A DNA stretch of 49,845 nt from Acidobacteriota bacterium (GTDB lineage Bacteria; Acidobacteriota; Polarisedimenticolia; J045), in assembly GCA_003695625.1 (NCBI GenBank), contig RFIB01000337.1, forward strand, positions 1 through 49,845, given 5' to 3'. This document shows, in pieces, positions 33,383-42,865 of this stretch. The notes below the pieces were generated by a model. The model ran no database searches. It saw nothing but the letters and a program-made list of their open reading frames with translations, and was not told the origin of the DNA. A program made the position numbers and the translations under genes. The stretch's first letter is position 1. Each line of letters starts with the position of its first letter.

Positions 33383-35610
33383 CAGCCCTCCCGCGCGGGC
33401 GGCACCGGCCTGCCCTCGTCGGCCGCCGCGAGATCTCCTGCCGGCCGGTCGACCGCCGGCAGCTCGATCACGATCCGCGTGCCGCCGCGCGGCGCGTCCT
33501 CGGCGCGGATCGTGCCGTGATGCTCGGTGACGATCTGCATCACGATCGCCAGGCCCAGCCCGGTGCCCCCGGCGCGACGCGAGAACTCGGGCTCGAACAG
33601 TCGCTGGCGGTCCTCGGCGGGGATGCCCGGCCCGTCGTCGATCACCTCGATCACCACGCTGCGGCCGGCGGCCCCCGGGACGACCCGCACCTCGATCGAG
33701 CCGCGCTCGCCGGCCGCGGCGACCGCGTTGTCGAGCAGGTTGATCAGGCAGCGCCGGAGCGCCTCGTGATCGACCCGGTGCGGCGGCAGCCGCGGCGCGA
33801 ACTCGGTGTCGAGGTGGACCTCGGCGTGCGCGGCACGGAACAGCTCGACCGCTTCCGCGGCGACCTTGCGTGCATCACCGTGCTCGAGGTGTGTCGCCGG
33901 CATGCGAGCGAAGCGCGAGAACTCCGCGACCAGCTCGCGCAGCGACTCCACCTCGCGCACGATCGTGCGCACGCCGTCCTCGAGCACCTCGCGGAACCGC
34001 TCGGGATCGCGCTCGAAGCGGCGGACCATCCGCTCGGCGGCGAGCCGGATCGGCGTCAGCGGGTTCTTGATCTCGTGCGCCACGCGGCGCGCGACCTCGG
34101 ACCACGCGGCGAGCCGCTCGGCGCGGCGAAGCTGGGTCAGATCCTCGAGCACGACGAGCACGCCGCCGCCGCGCGCGGGCAGCGTGAACGGCTCGGTCCG
34201 CACGAGGATCGACACGTCGCCCGCCTCGGTGGCGATGGTCAGCTCCTCGCTGCGACTCTCCTGCCCCACGTCGGCCAGCGCCGCCTCGACGAACCGCGCC
34301 ACCTCGCGTCGTCCGGGGCCGAGCGCCTCGGAGACCGGCCTTCCGACCGGCAGCTCGTCGAGACGCAGCACGGCCCGCGCCGCCCGGTTGACGGTCGAGA
34401 CCCGCCCCGACTCGTCGACGCTCAGCACGCCGACCGGGATCGCCTCGAGCAGCGTCTCGATGTAGCGCCGCCGCGCGACGAGATCGCGCCGGTGGCGCTG
34501 GACCTCCTCCGCCATCCGGTTGAACGAGCGCGCCAGCCGGCCGATCTCGTCGTCGCCGTATTCGCGTACCCGGAAGCCGAGATCGCCCTGGGCGAGCGCC
34601 TCGGTCCCGCGCGCCAGCTCGTCGATCGGTCGCGTGACCTGCCGCGCGAGGAAGAAGCCGGTCCACACCGCCGCGAACAGCACGACGAGGGTGATCAGCG
34701 CGAACAGCGAGTAGTACAGCCGCTCGACGGGGACCCGTCGCTGCTCGAACGACTGCACGTCGCGGAACGCCGCGGAGACGTGGCCGAGCAGATCCTCGAT
34801 CGTCTCCGGCAGGTAGACCGTGACGAACACGACGGTCGGTTCCTCGCCGGTGCCCGGAACCGGCTCGAGCGCGACCGCGCGCCAGCCGACCGGCATCCGC
34901 TCGGAGATCGCCGCTCCGCGACGCGTGGCCCGGACCTGCGCGACGAGCTCGGCGGGAACCCTCGTCAGCTCCGCGACGCGGACGTCGTCCTCCTCGCGCG
35001 TGCTGGCGACCGAAAGCGGCGGCGCGTCGGCCCGCAGCACGCCGACCGCGGCCACGTCGTACCGCTCGAGCCGCTCGCCGAGCCAGCGGGCCAGCGCGCT
35101 GCGACCGGTCCGCCGGCCGTCGAGCGACCGCTCGCCGGACAGCTCGCGCGCGACGACGCGCGCCACGTGGCGCGCCCGGCGCATCCTGTCCTCGTGGATC
35201 CAGTCCGGCACGACCGCGGCCTCGCGCAGCACCTGCACGTTCTCGGACCGCGAGAGCTGCTGCAGGCTCTGGCGGACGATCGCGATCGCCGAGCCGAACA
35301 GCACCAGCGACGGGACGAACACCAGCGCGAGGAACGCGACGGCGACGCGGGCCTGCAGCCGGCTGCCGACCGGACTGCGCCGTCCGGCGAGCACGCGCGC
35401 GAGGTTGCGCACCGTCATCCAGCCGATGGCGACCGCGATCACGACGATCGTCGCGGCGAGCGCGGCGAGCAGTGTCTTGTCGGTCGCCAGCCGCGTGTCG
35501 CCGAGCTTGCCGCGCTGGATGACGTAGTAGACCGCCGAGGCGATGACGAGGCAGACGACCGTCGTGACGATCGCCAGCCGGTCCGATCTCAGCCTGCGTG
35601 GTGGCGACAC
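33382..35610 (-). CDS. NtrY-like membrane sensor histidine kinase (TMs, HAMP, PAS, HisKA, HATPase)
   Basis: RPIDELARGT..LAQGDL...DEIG.LARSFNRM (HAMP), AWSEVARRVAHEIKNPLTPI.LAAER, NLLDNA, DDGPGI, GTGLGLAI; start uncertain. Confidence 0.92.
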   Translation of the reverse strand: MSPPRRLRSDRLAIVTTVVCLVIASAVYYVIQRGKLGDTRLATDKTLLAALAATIVVIAVAIGWMTVRNLARVLAGRRSPVGSRLQARVAVAFLALVFVPSLVLFGSAIAIVRQSLQQLSRSENVQVLREAAVVPDWIHEDRMRRARHVARVVARELSGERSLDGRRTGRSALARWLGERLERYDVAAVGVLRADAPPLSVASTREEDDVRVAELTRVPAELVAQVRATRRGAAISERMPVGWRAVALEPVPGTGEEPTVVFVTVYLPETIEDLLGHVSAAFRDVQSFEQRRVPVERLYYSLFALITLVVLFAAVWTGFFLARQVTRPIDELARGTEALAQGDLGFRVREYGDDEIGRLARSFNRMAEEVQRHRRDLVARRRYIETLLEAIPVGVLSVDESGRVSTVNRAARAVLRLDELPVGRPVSEALGPGRREVARFVEAALADVGQESRSEELTIATEAGDVSILVRTEPFTLPARGGGVLVVLEDLTQLRRAERLAAWSEVARRVAHEIKNPLTPIRLAAERMVRRFERDPERFREVLEDGVRTIVREVESLRELVAEFSRFARMPATHLEHGDARKVAAEAVELFRAAHAEVHLDTEFAPRLPPHRVDHEALRRCLINLLDNAVAAAGERGSIEVRVVPGAAGRSVVIEVIDDGPGIPAEDRQRLFEPEFSRRAGGTGLGLAIVMQIVTEHHGTIRAEDAPRGGTRIVIELPAVDRPAGDLAAADEGRPVPPAREG

Positions 35611-35644
35611 GGCGCGCGCCTCCGGTCCCCGGGATCCCGGGCGC

Positions 35645-36562
35645 TCAGCCGGCCCGGGCACCGGCCCGTCCGGGCGGTGCGGGCTGCGCCGGCGGACGGT
35701 CAGGACCGCCGGGCGGCGACTCGAAGATCCAGTTCGCCGGGTCGGCGAGCAGCGCGTCGGCAAGCCGGCCATGGAGCGCGTGTCCGCTGCGCCAGGCCAG
35801 CACGCGGGCGCGCAGCGGGCAGCCGAGCAGGGCCAGGTCGCCGACGATGTCGAGCAGCTTGTGGCGGACGAACTCGTCGGGGAAGCGCAGCTCGGCCCCC
35901 TCGACGCCCTGCTCGCCGACGACGATCGCGCTGTCGAGCGAGCCGCCGCGGACGAGCCCCATCTCGCGCAGGCGCTCGACGTCCTCGCGCAGCGCGAACG
36001 TCCGCGCCGGGGCGAGCTTGGCCAGGAAGTCCTCCTGCCGGTCGCAGCGCACGGTCAGCTGCTGGTGCCCGAGGTGCCGGTGCTCGAAGTCGATCGCCGC
36101 CGTCAGCCGGAACCCGTCGAACGGATGCGCCTCGAGCCGCCGCGCCTCGTCGCCGACGCTCACCGGCGCGGTCAGGACGAGCCGCGGGCAGTCCTCGTCC
36201 TGCTCGGCCAGGCCGGCCTCGAGCAGGCCGCGGGCGAACGGCAGCGAGGATCCGTCGAGGATCGGCAGCTCCGGTCCGTCGAGCCGGACCCGGACGTTGT
36301 CGACCCCCAGCGCGTACAGCGCGGCGAGCAGGTGCTCGGGCGTGTCGACCACGGCGCCGTCCCGCTCGAGGCGGGTCGCGTTGACCATCGGCGCGCGGTA
36401 CTGCTGGAGCGCGGGGACGTCGCGGCCGCCGAGATCGTCCCGCACGAAGACCACGCCGTGCCAGGCGGGCGCCGGCTCGACCGAGACGCGGCAGCGCCGC
36501 CCCGAATGCAGGCCGATCCCCTCGAACCGGGCCGGGCGTCCGACTGTCCGCTGCCGTCGCAT
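35645..36562 (-). CDS. lpxC: UDP-3-O-acyl-GlcNAc deacetylase LpxC
   Basis: QRT....F.GIGLHSG, TPEHLLAAL, ELPILDGSS, LAPARTF, GGSLDSAIV, LRFPDEFVRHKLLD.VGDL, SGHALH. Confidence 0.97.
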   Translation of the reverse strand: MRRQRTVGRPARFEGIGLHSGRRCRVSVEPAPAWHGVVFVRDDLGGRDVPALQQYRAPMVNATRLERDGAVVDTPEHLLAALYALGVDNVRVRLDGPELPILDGSSLPFARGLLEAGLAEQDEDCPRLVLTAPVSVGDEARRLEAHPFDGFRLTAAIDFEHRHLGHQQLTVRCDRQEDFLAKLAPARTFALREDVERLREMGLVRGGSLDSAIVVGEQGVEGAELRFPDEFVRHKLLDIVGDLALLGCPLRARVLAWRSGHALHGRLADALLADPANWIFESPPGGPDRPPAQPAPPGRAGARAG

Positions 36563-36603
36563 CGTCGCATTGTAGACCTCCGGCGCGCGCGCCGCGGAGA
36601 CGC

Positions 36604-36632
36604 TTGACCCGTCTGGCCCGGAACCGAACAAT
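36604..36632 (+). promoter_or_regulatory. Candidate sigma70 promoter for the GAF-EamA-methyltransferase genes
   Basis: TTGACC (36604-36609), 17-nt spacer, AACAAT (36627-36632). Confidence 0.5.
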
Positions 36633-36690
36633 ACGCCCCGACGAGACCGGCGACGGTGCCGGCTCCCCGTCACCTGGAGGGCAGCGGACG

Positions 36691-37752
36691 ATGTCATCGC
36701 GCCAGCTTCCGGCCGACGTGGTCGAAGGTGTGCTCTCGCGGCTCGGCGAGACGATCGAACAGCAGCTCCGGACCACCGGGGAGAACCTCCGCGGCGCGGT
36801 GCGCGGCGTGCTCGAGGAACTCGAGCTGCCCGGCGCCGAGCCCGAGCTGCGCACGCCGCCGCCGCTGGCGCGCGCGGTGACGGCGATCCGCGAGGGCCGC
36901 GGCCAGGTGCCGGTGCTGCGCAGCCTGCTCGCCGGGGCCTCGTCGCTCGGCGCCCGCGCGGCGCTGTTCGTCGTGCGCGGCGGATCGGTCGAGCTGTGGG
37001 AGGCGACCGGCTTCGAGGAGGACGAGGCGCAATCCGGCAGGCTTGCCGGCCGCACGCTCGACGCGGACGAGCCGGCGGTGGCCGCGGTGCTCGCCGACCG
37101 GCGGCCGGTCGCGCTCGAGGACGATCACCCGCACCCGCATCCGGAATTCGGCCAGGCGCGGCGCCCGGAGGTGTTCCTCGCTCCGCTGTGCGTGCACGAG
37201 CGCGTCGTCGGCCTGCTGTTCGCCGACCGGGCACAGCCCGACACCCCGCTCGACCGCGCCGGGATCGAGCTGCTCGTCGAGGTCGCCGGCCTGGCGGTCG
37301 AGCGGCTCGTCCTCGCGCGGCGCATGCAGACGGCGCCGGCGACGCCGCCCCCGGCGCGGATGTCCGGCCCGGTGTCCACCGAGGGCCGGGCGGCGGCTCC
37401 GGCGGAGGAGGCCGCACCGCCGCTCGAGACCGGAAGCGATGCATCCGCCGGCGAGGACTTCGCGCTGATGCCGGAGGCCGAGCAGGCCGAGGGCGAGCAG
37501 AGCCCGGAGGTCGAGGACGCGCGCCGCTTCGCCCGCCTGCTGATCGAGGAGATCTGCCTGTACGAGGCGGAGAAGGTCGAGGAGGGCCGCGCCAAGGGCG
37601 ACCTGCTCGAGCGCCTCGGCGAGGAGATCGAGCGGGCCCGCAAGATGTACGAACAGCGCGTCGCGCCGGAGATCCGCAACCGCGGTGACTTCTTCGGCGA
37701 AGCGCTGGTCACCGTCCTCGCAGCCGGAGACCCCGCCGCCCTGGCCCGCTGA
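36691..37752 (+). CDS. GAF-like domain protein with a C-terminal helical module
   Basis: RAALFVVRG, FLAPLCVHERVVGLLFAD (GAF-like); Ala/Pro/Glu linker; DARRFARLLIEEICLY..EKVEEGR...L.EEIERARKMYEQRV; SD GGAGG. Confidence 0.7.
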   Translation: MSSRQLPADVVEGVLSRLGETIEQQLRTTGENLRGAVRGVLEELELPGAEPELRTPPPLARAVTAIREGRGQVPVLRSLLAGASSLGARAALFVVRGGSVELWEATGFEEDEAQSGRLAGRTLDADEPAVAAVLADRRPVALEDDHPHPHPEFGQARRPEVFLAPLCVHERVVGLLFADRAQPDTPLDRAGIELLVEVAGLAVERLVLARRMQTAPATPPPARMSGPVSTEGRAAAPAEEAAPPLETGSDASAGEDFALMPEAEQAEGEQSPEVEDARRFARLLIEEICLYEAEKVEEGRAKGDLLERLGEEIERARKMYEQRVAPEIRNRGDFFGEALVTVLAAGDPAALAR

Positions 37753-37760
37753 GCCTCACG

Positions 37761-38660
37761 GTGTCCGCCCGGGCCGGCCAGTGGACCGGCGATCTCGCGC
37801 TGCTGGCCTGCGCCGTCGGCTGGGGAGCGACCTTCCCCGTCGTCGAGAGCGCCCTCGATCACGCCTCGCCACTGATGCTCAACGGGGCGCGGTTCCTGCT
37901 CGCGGCCGTCTTCCTCGCCCGGCCCGCGCTGCGCGCCGCGGGCGCCGAGCACCGCGCCGCGCTCGGCTGGGGGCTGGCGCTCGGCGCGCTGCTCGCGCTC
38001 GGCTACGCGCTCCAGACGCGGGGGCTCGAGACGATCGACCCGGCGCGCTCGGCGTTCCTGACCGCGTTCTACGTCCTGTTCACGCCGCTGATCGACTGGC
38101 TGGTCCGCGGACCGCGGCCCTCGGCGCCGGTGCTCGGCGGGGCAGTGCTCGCCCTCGGCGGTGTGTTCGTGATGACCGGCGGCGGCCGCGGTGGCCTCGG
38201 GACCGGGGACGTGCTGACGCTCGCCTGCGCCGTCGCGTTCGCCGCACACATCGTCTGCCTCGGGATCGCCTTGCGCCGGCACCGCGCCGGCGTGCTGCTC
38301 GTGCAGCAGATCGCGATCTGCGCGGTGCTCTCGCTGGCCTGCGCCCCGCTCGTCGAGCGGCCGCGGCTCGAGTTCGACCTGCTGCTCTGGCTGCAGATCG
38401 CCTTCCTCGGCCTCGTCGCCACCGACCTGCTGCTGTGGCTGCAGGCGTTCGGCCAGCGGCGGACCAGCGCGGGACACGCGGCGGTGCTGTTCTCGTCCGA
38501 GCCGGTCTGGGCGGCGGTGTTCGCCGTGCTCGCCGGCTCCCGGCCGGGCGGTGCGGAGATCGCCGGCGGCGCGCTGGTCCTCGCCGGCGTGCTCGTCGCC
38601 ACCCTCCCGCGCGTCGCGCGCGGCGAGCGACGGGCGGCGCGGGACGGCGAACCGCGCTAA
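37761..38660 (+). CDS. EamA/DMT family transporter
   Basis: About 10 TMs; WGATFPV, RFLLAA, LQTRGL..IDPARSAFLT, GDVLTL.CAVAFA.HI, SEPVWAAVFA. Confidence 0.92.
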   Translation: MSARAGQWTGDLALLACAVGWGATFPVVESALDHASPLMLNGARFLLAAVFLARPALRAAGAEHRAALGWGLALGALLALGYALQTRGLETIDPARSAFLTAFYVLFTPLIDWLVRGPRPSAPVLGGAVLALGGVFVMTGGGRGGLGTGDVLTLACAVAFAAHIVCLGIALRRHRAGVLLVQQIAICAVLSLACAPLVERPRLEFDLLLWLQIAFLGLVATDLLLWLQAFGQRRTSAGHAAVLFSSEPVWAAVFAVLAGSRPGGAEIAGGALVLAGVLVATLPRVARGERRAARDGEPR

Positions 38661-38707
38661 TCTCGCCCGCCCGCCGGCGGCACCGGCGACGAGGGAGAGC
38701 GGAGTCC

Positions 38708-39556
38708 ATGGCGCGAACCGGCAGCATCCGACGGAAGACCAGGCGACGGAGCGCGACGTCGCGCGCCCAGCGGGCGGACCGCTACGCGCTGTACCAGCGC
38801 TCGGTGCAGTCGCCGGAGTTCGACGCGTCGTTCATCGACCGCGTGTACCGCAAGGAGTACGGCAGCCCGCCGATGCTGCTGCGCGAGGACTTCTGCGGCA
38901 CGGCGGCGATCTCGTGCGCGTTCGTCGCCTCGCGCCGCGGACGACGGGCGATCGGCATCGACATCGACCCCGAGCCGCTGGCGTGGGGCCGCGAGCACAA
39001 CGTCGCCGCGTTGCCCGAGGCGCGCCGCGGCCTCGTCCGGCTGATCGAGGCCGACGTGCGCGACGTGATGCGCCCCAGGGCGGACGTCGTGTGCGCGATG
39101 AACTTCTCGTACTGCGTGTTCAAGACGCGCGACGAGCTGCGCGGCTACTTCGAGGCGGCGCGCGCCAACCTGCGCCGCAAGGGCGTGCTGGTGCTCGACG
39201 TCGTCGGCGGTCCGGAGACGCAGGAGGAAGACACCGAGGAGACCCGCACGGTCGGCCGCGGGATCCGCTACGTCTGGGAGCAGAAGCGGTTCGATCCGGT
39301 CAGCTACAACGCGCGGTTCGCGATCCACTTCCTGTTCGACGACGGCAGCGCGCTGCATCACGCCTTCGAGTACGACTGGCGGCTGTGGACGATCCCGGAG
39401 ATCCGCGAGCTGCTGCTCGAGGCGGGTTTCCGCCGCGCCGATGTCTACTGGGAGGAGACCGACTCCGAGACCGGTGAAGGCAACGGCCGCTACCGCAAGG
39501 TGCGCGAGGCCGAGGCCGATCCGGCGTGGGTCGCCTGCATCGCGGCGATCAGGTGA
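38708..39556 (+). CDS. Class I SAM-dependent methyltransferase (uncharacterised family)
   Basis: LYQRSVQSP, LREDFCGTA (motif I), GIDID, DVVCAMNFS, GVLVLD, FEYDWRLWTIPEIRELL.EAGF. Confidence 0.82.
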   Translation: MARTGSIRRKTRRRSATSRAQRADRYALYQRSVQSPEFDASFIDRVYRKEYGSPPMLLREDFCGTAAISCAFVASRRGRRAIGIDIDPEPLAWGREHNVAALPEARRGLVRLIEADVRDVMRPRADVVCAMNFSYCVFKTRDELRGYFEAARANLRRKGVLVLDVVGGPETQEEDTEETRTVGRGIRYVWEQKRFDPVSYNARFAIHFLFDDGSALHHAFEYDWRLWTIPEIRELLLEAGFRRADVYWEETDSETGEGNGRYRKVREAEADPAWVACIAAIR

Positions 39557-40358
39557 ACGCTTCGGCGGTCCGCCCGCTGTAGACGAAGCGCGCCGGGCCG
39601 GACAGCCGCGCCCGTTCCCCGTCGAGCGCGACGCGCAGCGCGATCCCCGACGGCGGCATGACGGTCACCGGACCGTCGCCGGCGATGCCGGTCTCGCGCG
39701 CCCACGCCGCGGCGGCCAGCGCCCCGCTGCCGCACGCGGCCGTCTCGCCGGCTCCGCGCTCGAGCGTGCGGACGCGCAGTTCGCGCCGGCCCGCCGGCTC
39801 GACGAGCGTCACGTTGGCGTCCCGCGCCAGATCGGGGCGCACCGCGGCCAGTCCGTCGCGCCACGCCGCGAGCGGGAGGCCGGGGGCGGCACCCGCCGCC
39901 GCGACCACGTGCGGCACGCCGGCATGCACGATCCGGCCCTCGGCGCGCGTCCCGTCGAGCCGGACGACGACCGCCTCCGTCTCGACGCGCGGCGCCCCGA
40001 GCACGATCGTGACCGCCGCGCCGGCGATCTCCGCCCCGACGCGGATCTCCGGAAACGCCAGCTCGAAGCCCGCGCCTCCGATCCCGAGCACCTCGCGTGC
40101 GAACAGCGCCGCGCAGCGCGCGCCGTTGCCGCAGAAGCCCGCGGGCGAGCCGTCGGCGTTGCGGTAGAGCACGCGGACGCCGGCCCCTTCCGGCGCGACG
40201 ACGAGCAGCCCGTCGGCCCCGATCGCGGTCCGGCGCGGGCAGAGCCGCCGCGCCAGTGTGCCCGGATCGGCGGGAAGCGCGACGCGCCCGTCGAGCACGA
40301 CGAAGTCGTTGCCGGCGCCCTCCATCTTCCAGAACGGCAGTCCGGCCGCCGCGCTCAT
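39549..40358 (-). CDS. dapF: Diaminopimelate epimerase
   Basis: KMEGAGNDF, IGADG, NADGS..FCGNGARC, GVPH, RTLERGAGETAACGSG (both catalytic Cys). Confidence 0.95.
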   Translation of the reverse strand: MSAAAGLPFWKMEGAGNDFVVLDGRVALPADPGTLARRLCPRRTAIGADGLLVVAPEGAGVRVLYRNADGSPAGFCGNGARCAALFAREVLGIGGAGFELAFPEIRVGAEIAGAAVTIVLGAPRVETEAVVVRLDGTRAEGRIVHAGVPHVVAAAGAAPGLPLAAWRDGLAAVRPDLARDANVTLVEPAGRRELRVRTLERGAGETAACGSGALAAAAWARETGIAGDGPVTVMPPSGIALRVALDGERARLSGPARFVYSGRTAEAFT

Positions 40359-41458
40359 CGGGGCGCCTCCGCGTCGCGCGTTGGCCGGGGCGTCGTCCAG
40401 TCCGTCGGCCCCGCCGGGTCGGCCCGGTTGCCGCGGCGGTCGACGCTGATCACGCGGTAGCGGTAGCGCACCTCGCCACGCACCGAGCGGTCGCTGAAGA
40501 ACGCGTCCGGCATCCGCACGCGGCCGACCTCGTGCCACGGCGCGCTGTCCTCGCGCTCCTGGCGCTCCACGATCGCCAGCTCGAGGTCGTCGGCGCGGGA
40601 CGGGACCCAGAGCACGTTGATTCCCGACTCGACGGCGACGGCGACGACGTCGCGGGCCGGATCCGGGGCGAACCGGTCCTCGTAGGCCAGCGGCCCGACG
40701 ACCCGCGGGACCGACTCGACCACGGGTCCCTCGGCGGACAGCGCCACCGTCGCCGCGTAGACCAGCGACTGGCCGTAGCGCACGCCCTCGTCGACGGTCT
40801 GCCCCTCCTCGCGCGGCACGACGCGCCACGGACGCCAGTCGTCGCCCGCCTCGCCCTCGATCCTCCGGTAGATCCTCACCGCGGCGGCGCGATCGTCGCC
40901 CCCGGCCCACGACAGCGCCACGCCCCGCTCGCGGGGCACGACGTCGAGGCGCTCGAGCGGGGCGAGCGGCGGGCGGGCGACGGGCAGCACGGTGCGCGGG
41001 GACGGGGCCGACCGGCCGCGACGGTCCCGCAGTGCAAGGGAGACCACCAGATGGCCGTCCGCCTCGAGCCGGTCGAGCTCGAGCGCATCGAGCCGGACGA
41101 CGTCCTCGGCGCCCTGCCCGGGATCCAGCGCGGGCAGCTCGACCTCGCGGGCCCGGCGCAGGAACTCCCGATCCCGGAATCCGGCCGACCAGCCCGCCGC
41201 CAGCTCGGGCGACGGCTCGCCGAGCACGAGCGCCACCGGCACGACCGGCGGGCGCAGCGGGTGGCCCCTGAGATCGCGCAGCACGTATCGGGCCCGGAAC
41301 TCGATGCGCTCGCCCCGCTGCCGGACGCGCACCTCGCGCGGCGACTCGGGGATCCGCGGCCGCGGCGGAATCGGCGCACCCTTGTGCCCGCACGCGGCCA
41401 GCCCGGCGAGGAGCAGCACGATCCCGGCGGCCGCCGGGACCCGCAGCGCTCGGCTCAC
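40355..41458 (-). CDS. Lipoprotein with CGxKG N-terminal motif and fibronectin type III-like domains
   Basis: Lipobox LAA-C followed by GHKGAPIPP; VALSW..IYRR..VDEGV.YG...Y and FFSDRSV.....YRYRVISVDRRGN (FN3-like); coupled to hslU and dapF. Confidence 0.8.
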   Translation of the reverse strand: MSRALRVPAAAGIVLLLAGLAACGHKGAPIPPRPRIPESPREVRVRQRGERIEFRARYVLRDLRGHPLRPPVVPVALVLGEPSPELAAGWSAGFRDREFLRRAREVELPALDPGQGAEDVVRLDALELDRLEADGHLVVSLALRDRRGRSAPSPRTVLPVARPPLAPLERLDVVPRERGVALSWAGGDDRAAAVRIYRRIEGEAGDDWRPWRVVPREEGQTVDEGVRYGQSLVYAATVALSAEGPVVESVPRVVGPLAYEDRFAPDPARDVVAVAVESGINVLWVPSRADDLELAIVERQEREDSAPWHEVGRVRMPDAFFSDRSVRGEVRYRYRVISVDRRGNRADPAGPTDWTTPRPTRDAEAPR

Positions 41459-42849
41459 AGCACGTACCGTGCGAGGTCGTCCTTCTCGACGACCTGCGCC
41501 AGGGCGTCGCGCACCTTGCCCGCATCGATCACGACCTGCCCGCGCGCACGGTCGGGCGCGTCGAACAGGATCGGCTCGAGCAGGCGTTCGAGGATCGTGG
41601 TCAGCCGCCGCGCCCCGATGTTCTCCATCTGCGCGTTGGCGCGGTCGGCGATCGACGCGATCTCCTCGATCGCGTCGGGCCGGATCTCGAGGTCGACGCC
41701 GTCGACCGCCAGCAGCGCCTGGTACTGGCGGATCAGCGAGTTCTCCGGCTCGGTCAGGATGCGCACGAAGTCCTCGCGGCCCAGCGCGCGCAGCTCGACG
41801 CGGATCGGGAATCGCCCCTGGAGCTCGGGGATCAGGTCCGACGGCCGCGCGACGTGGAACGCGCCCGCGGCGATGAACAGGATGTGGTCCGTGCGCACCG
41901 GACCGTGCTTGGTCTGGACGATCGTGCCCTCGACGATCGGCAGCAGGTCGCGCTGGACGCCCTGGCGGCTGACGTCGGGCCCGTGTCCCTGGCCGCCCGG
42001 GGCGGCGACCTTGTCCAGCTCGTCGATGAACAGGATGCCGGTCTGCTCGACGCGCCGGACGGCCTCCTTCTCGATCGCCTCCTGGTCGAGGCGCGCGTCC
42101 TCCTCCTGGCGCTGGAGGATCGTGCGCGCCTCGGAGACCTTCACGCGCCGTTCCTTCTCGCGGCGCCCGAACATCCCGGGCAGCATCTCCCCGAGCCGGA
42201 CGTCGATCTCCTCCATCCCGGGCGCGCCGGCGATCTTGAACGCCGCCGTCGACTCGTCGGGCACGCGGATGGTGACGACCAGGTCCTCGAGCTCGCCTTC
42301 GCGAAGCCGCCGGCGGAGCTCCTCGCGCGCCTCGATCCGCGCCCGGCCATCGCCGGCGCCGACGCCCTGCGCGGCGGCGATCGCCTCGAGCAGTCGGTCC
42401 TCGACCGCCCGGCGCGCTGCGGCATGCACGTCGCGGCGCCGCTCGGTGCGCACGATGTCGATCGCCACCTCGACCAGGTCGCGCACCATCGACTCGCAGT
42501 CGCGGCCGACGTAGCCGACCTCCGTGAACTTGGTCGCCTCGATCTTGAGGAACGGACTGCCGGTCAGGCGCGAGAGCCGGCGCGCGATCTCGGTCTTGCC
42601 GACGCCGGTCGGCCCGATCATCAGGATGTTCTTCGGCAGCACCTCCTCCGCGGCCTGGGGCGGAAGCTGGCGCCGGCGCCACCGGTTGCGCAGGGCCACG
42701 GCGACGGCGCGCTTGGCGTCGTTCTGCCCCACGATGAAGCGGTCGAGCGCGGCGACGACCTCGCTCGGCGTCATCGCGTCGGCGCGCGCCGTCGGTCCCG
42801 TGCCCTCGAGCGGAGGGCGCCTGGAGCTGTCCGGCATGTAGAAGACCAT
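41455..42849 (-). CDS. hslU: ATP-dependent protease ATPase subunit HslU
   Basis: PKNILMIGPTGVGKTEIARRL, EATKFTEVGYVG, FIDELDK, GVQRDLLPIVEG, ELQGRFPIRVEL, ENIGARRL, DDLARYVL; start may be 42849, 42837 or 42774. Confidence 0.97.
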   Translation of the reverse strand: MVFYMPDSSRRPPLEGTGPTARADAMTPSEVVAALDRFIVGQNDAKRAVAVALRNRWRRRQLPPQAAEEVLPKNILMIGPTGVGKTEIARRLSRLTGSPFLKIEATKFTEVGYVGRDCESMVRDLVEVAIDIVRTERRRDVHAAARRAVEDRLLEAIAAAQGVGAGDGRARIEAREELRRRLREGELEDLVVTIRVPDESTAAFKIAGAPGMEEIDVRLGEMLPGMFGRREKERRVKVSEARTILQRQEEDARLDQEAIEKEAVRRVEQTGILFIDELDKVAAPGGQGHGPDVSRQGVQRDLLPIVEGTIVQTKHGPVRTDHILFIAAGAFHVARPSDLIPELQGRFPIRVELRALGREDFVRILTEPENSLIRQYQALLAVDGVDLEIRPDAIEEIASIADRANAQMENIGARRLTTILERLLEPILFDAPDRARGQVVIDAGKVRDALAQVVEKDDLARYVL

Positions 42850-42865
42850 GATCGTCGTCCCGAGC

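Noticed and set aside
33091..36384. 1097-aa plus-strand ORF
   Set aside because: Antisense to the ntrY-like kinase and lpxC; Arg/Ala/Pro-rich without motifs.
36604..36690. TTG start at 36604 for the GAF-like protein
   Set aside because: The TTG fits better as the -35 hexamer TTGACC; an SD-preceded ATG lies at 36691.
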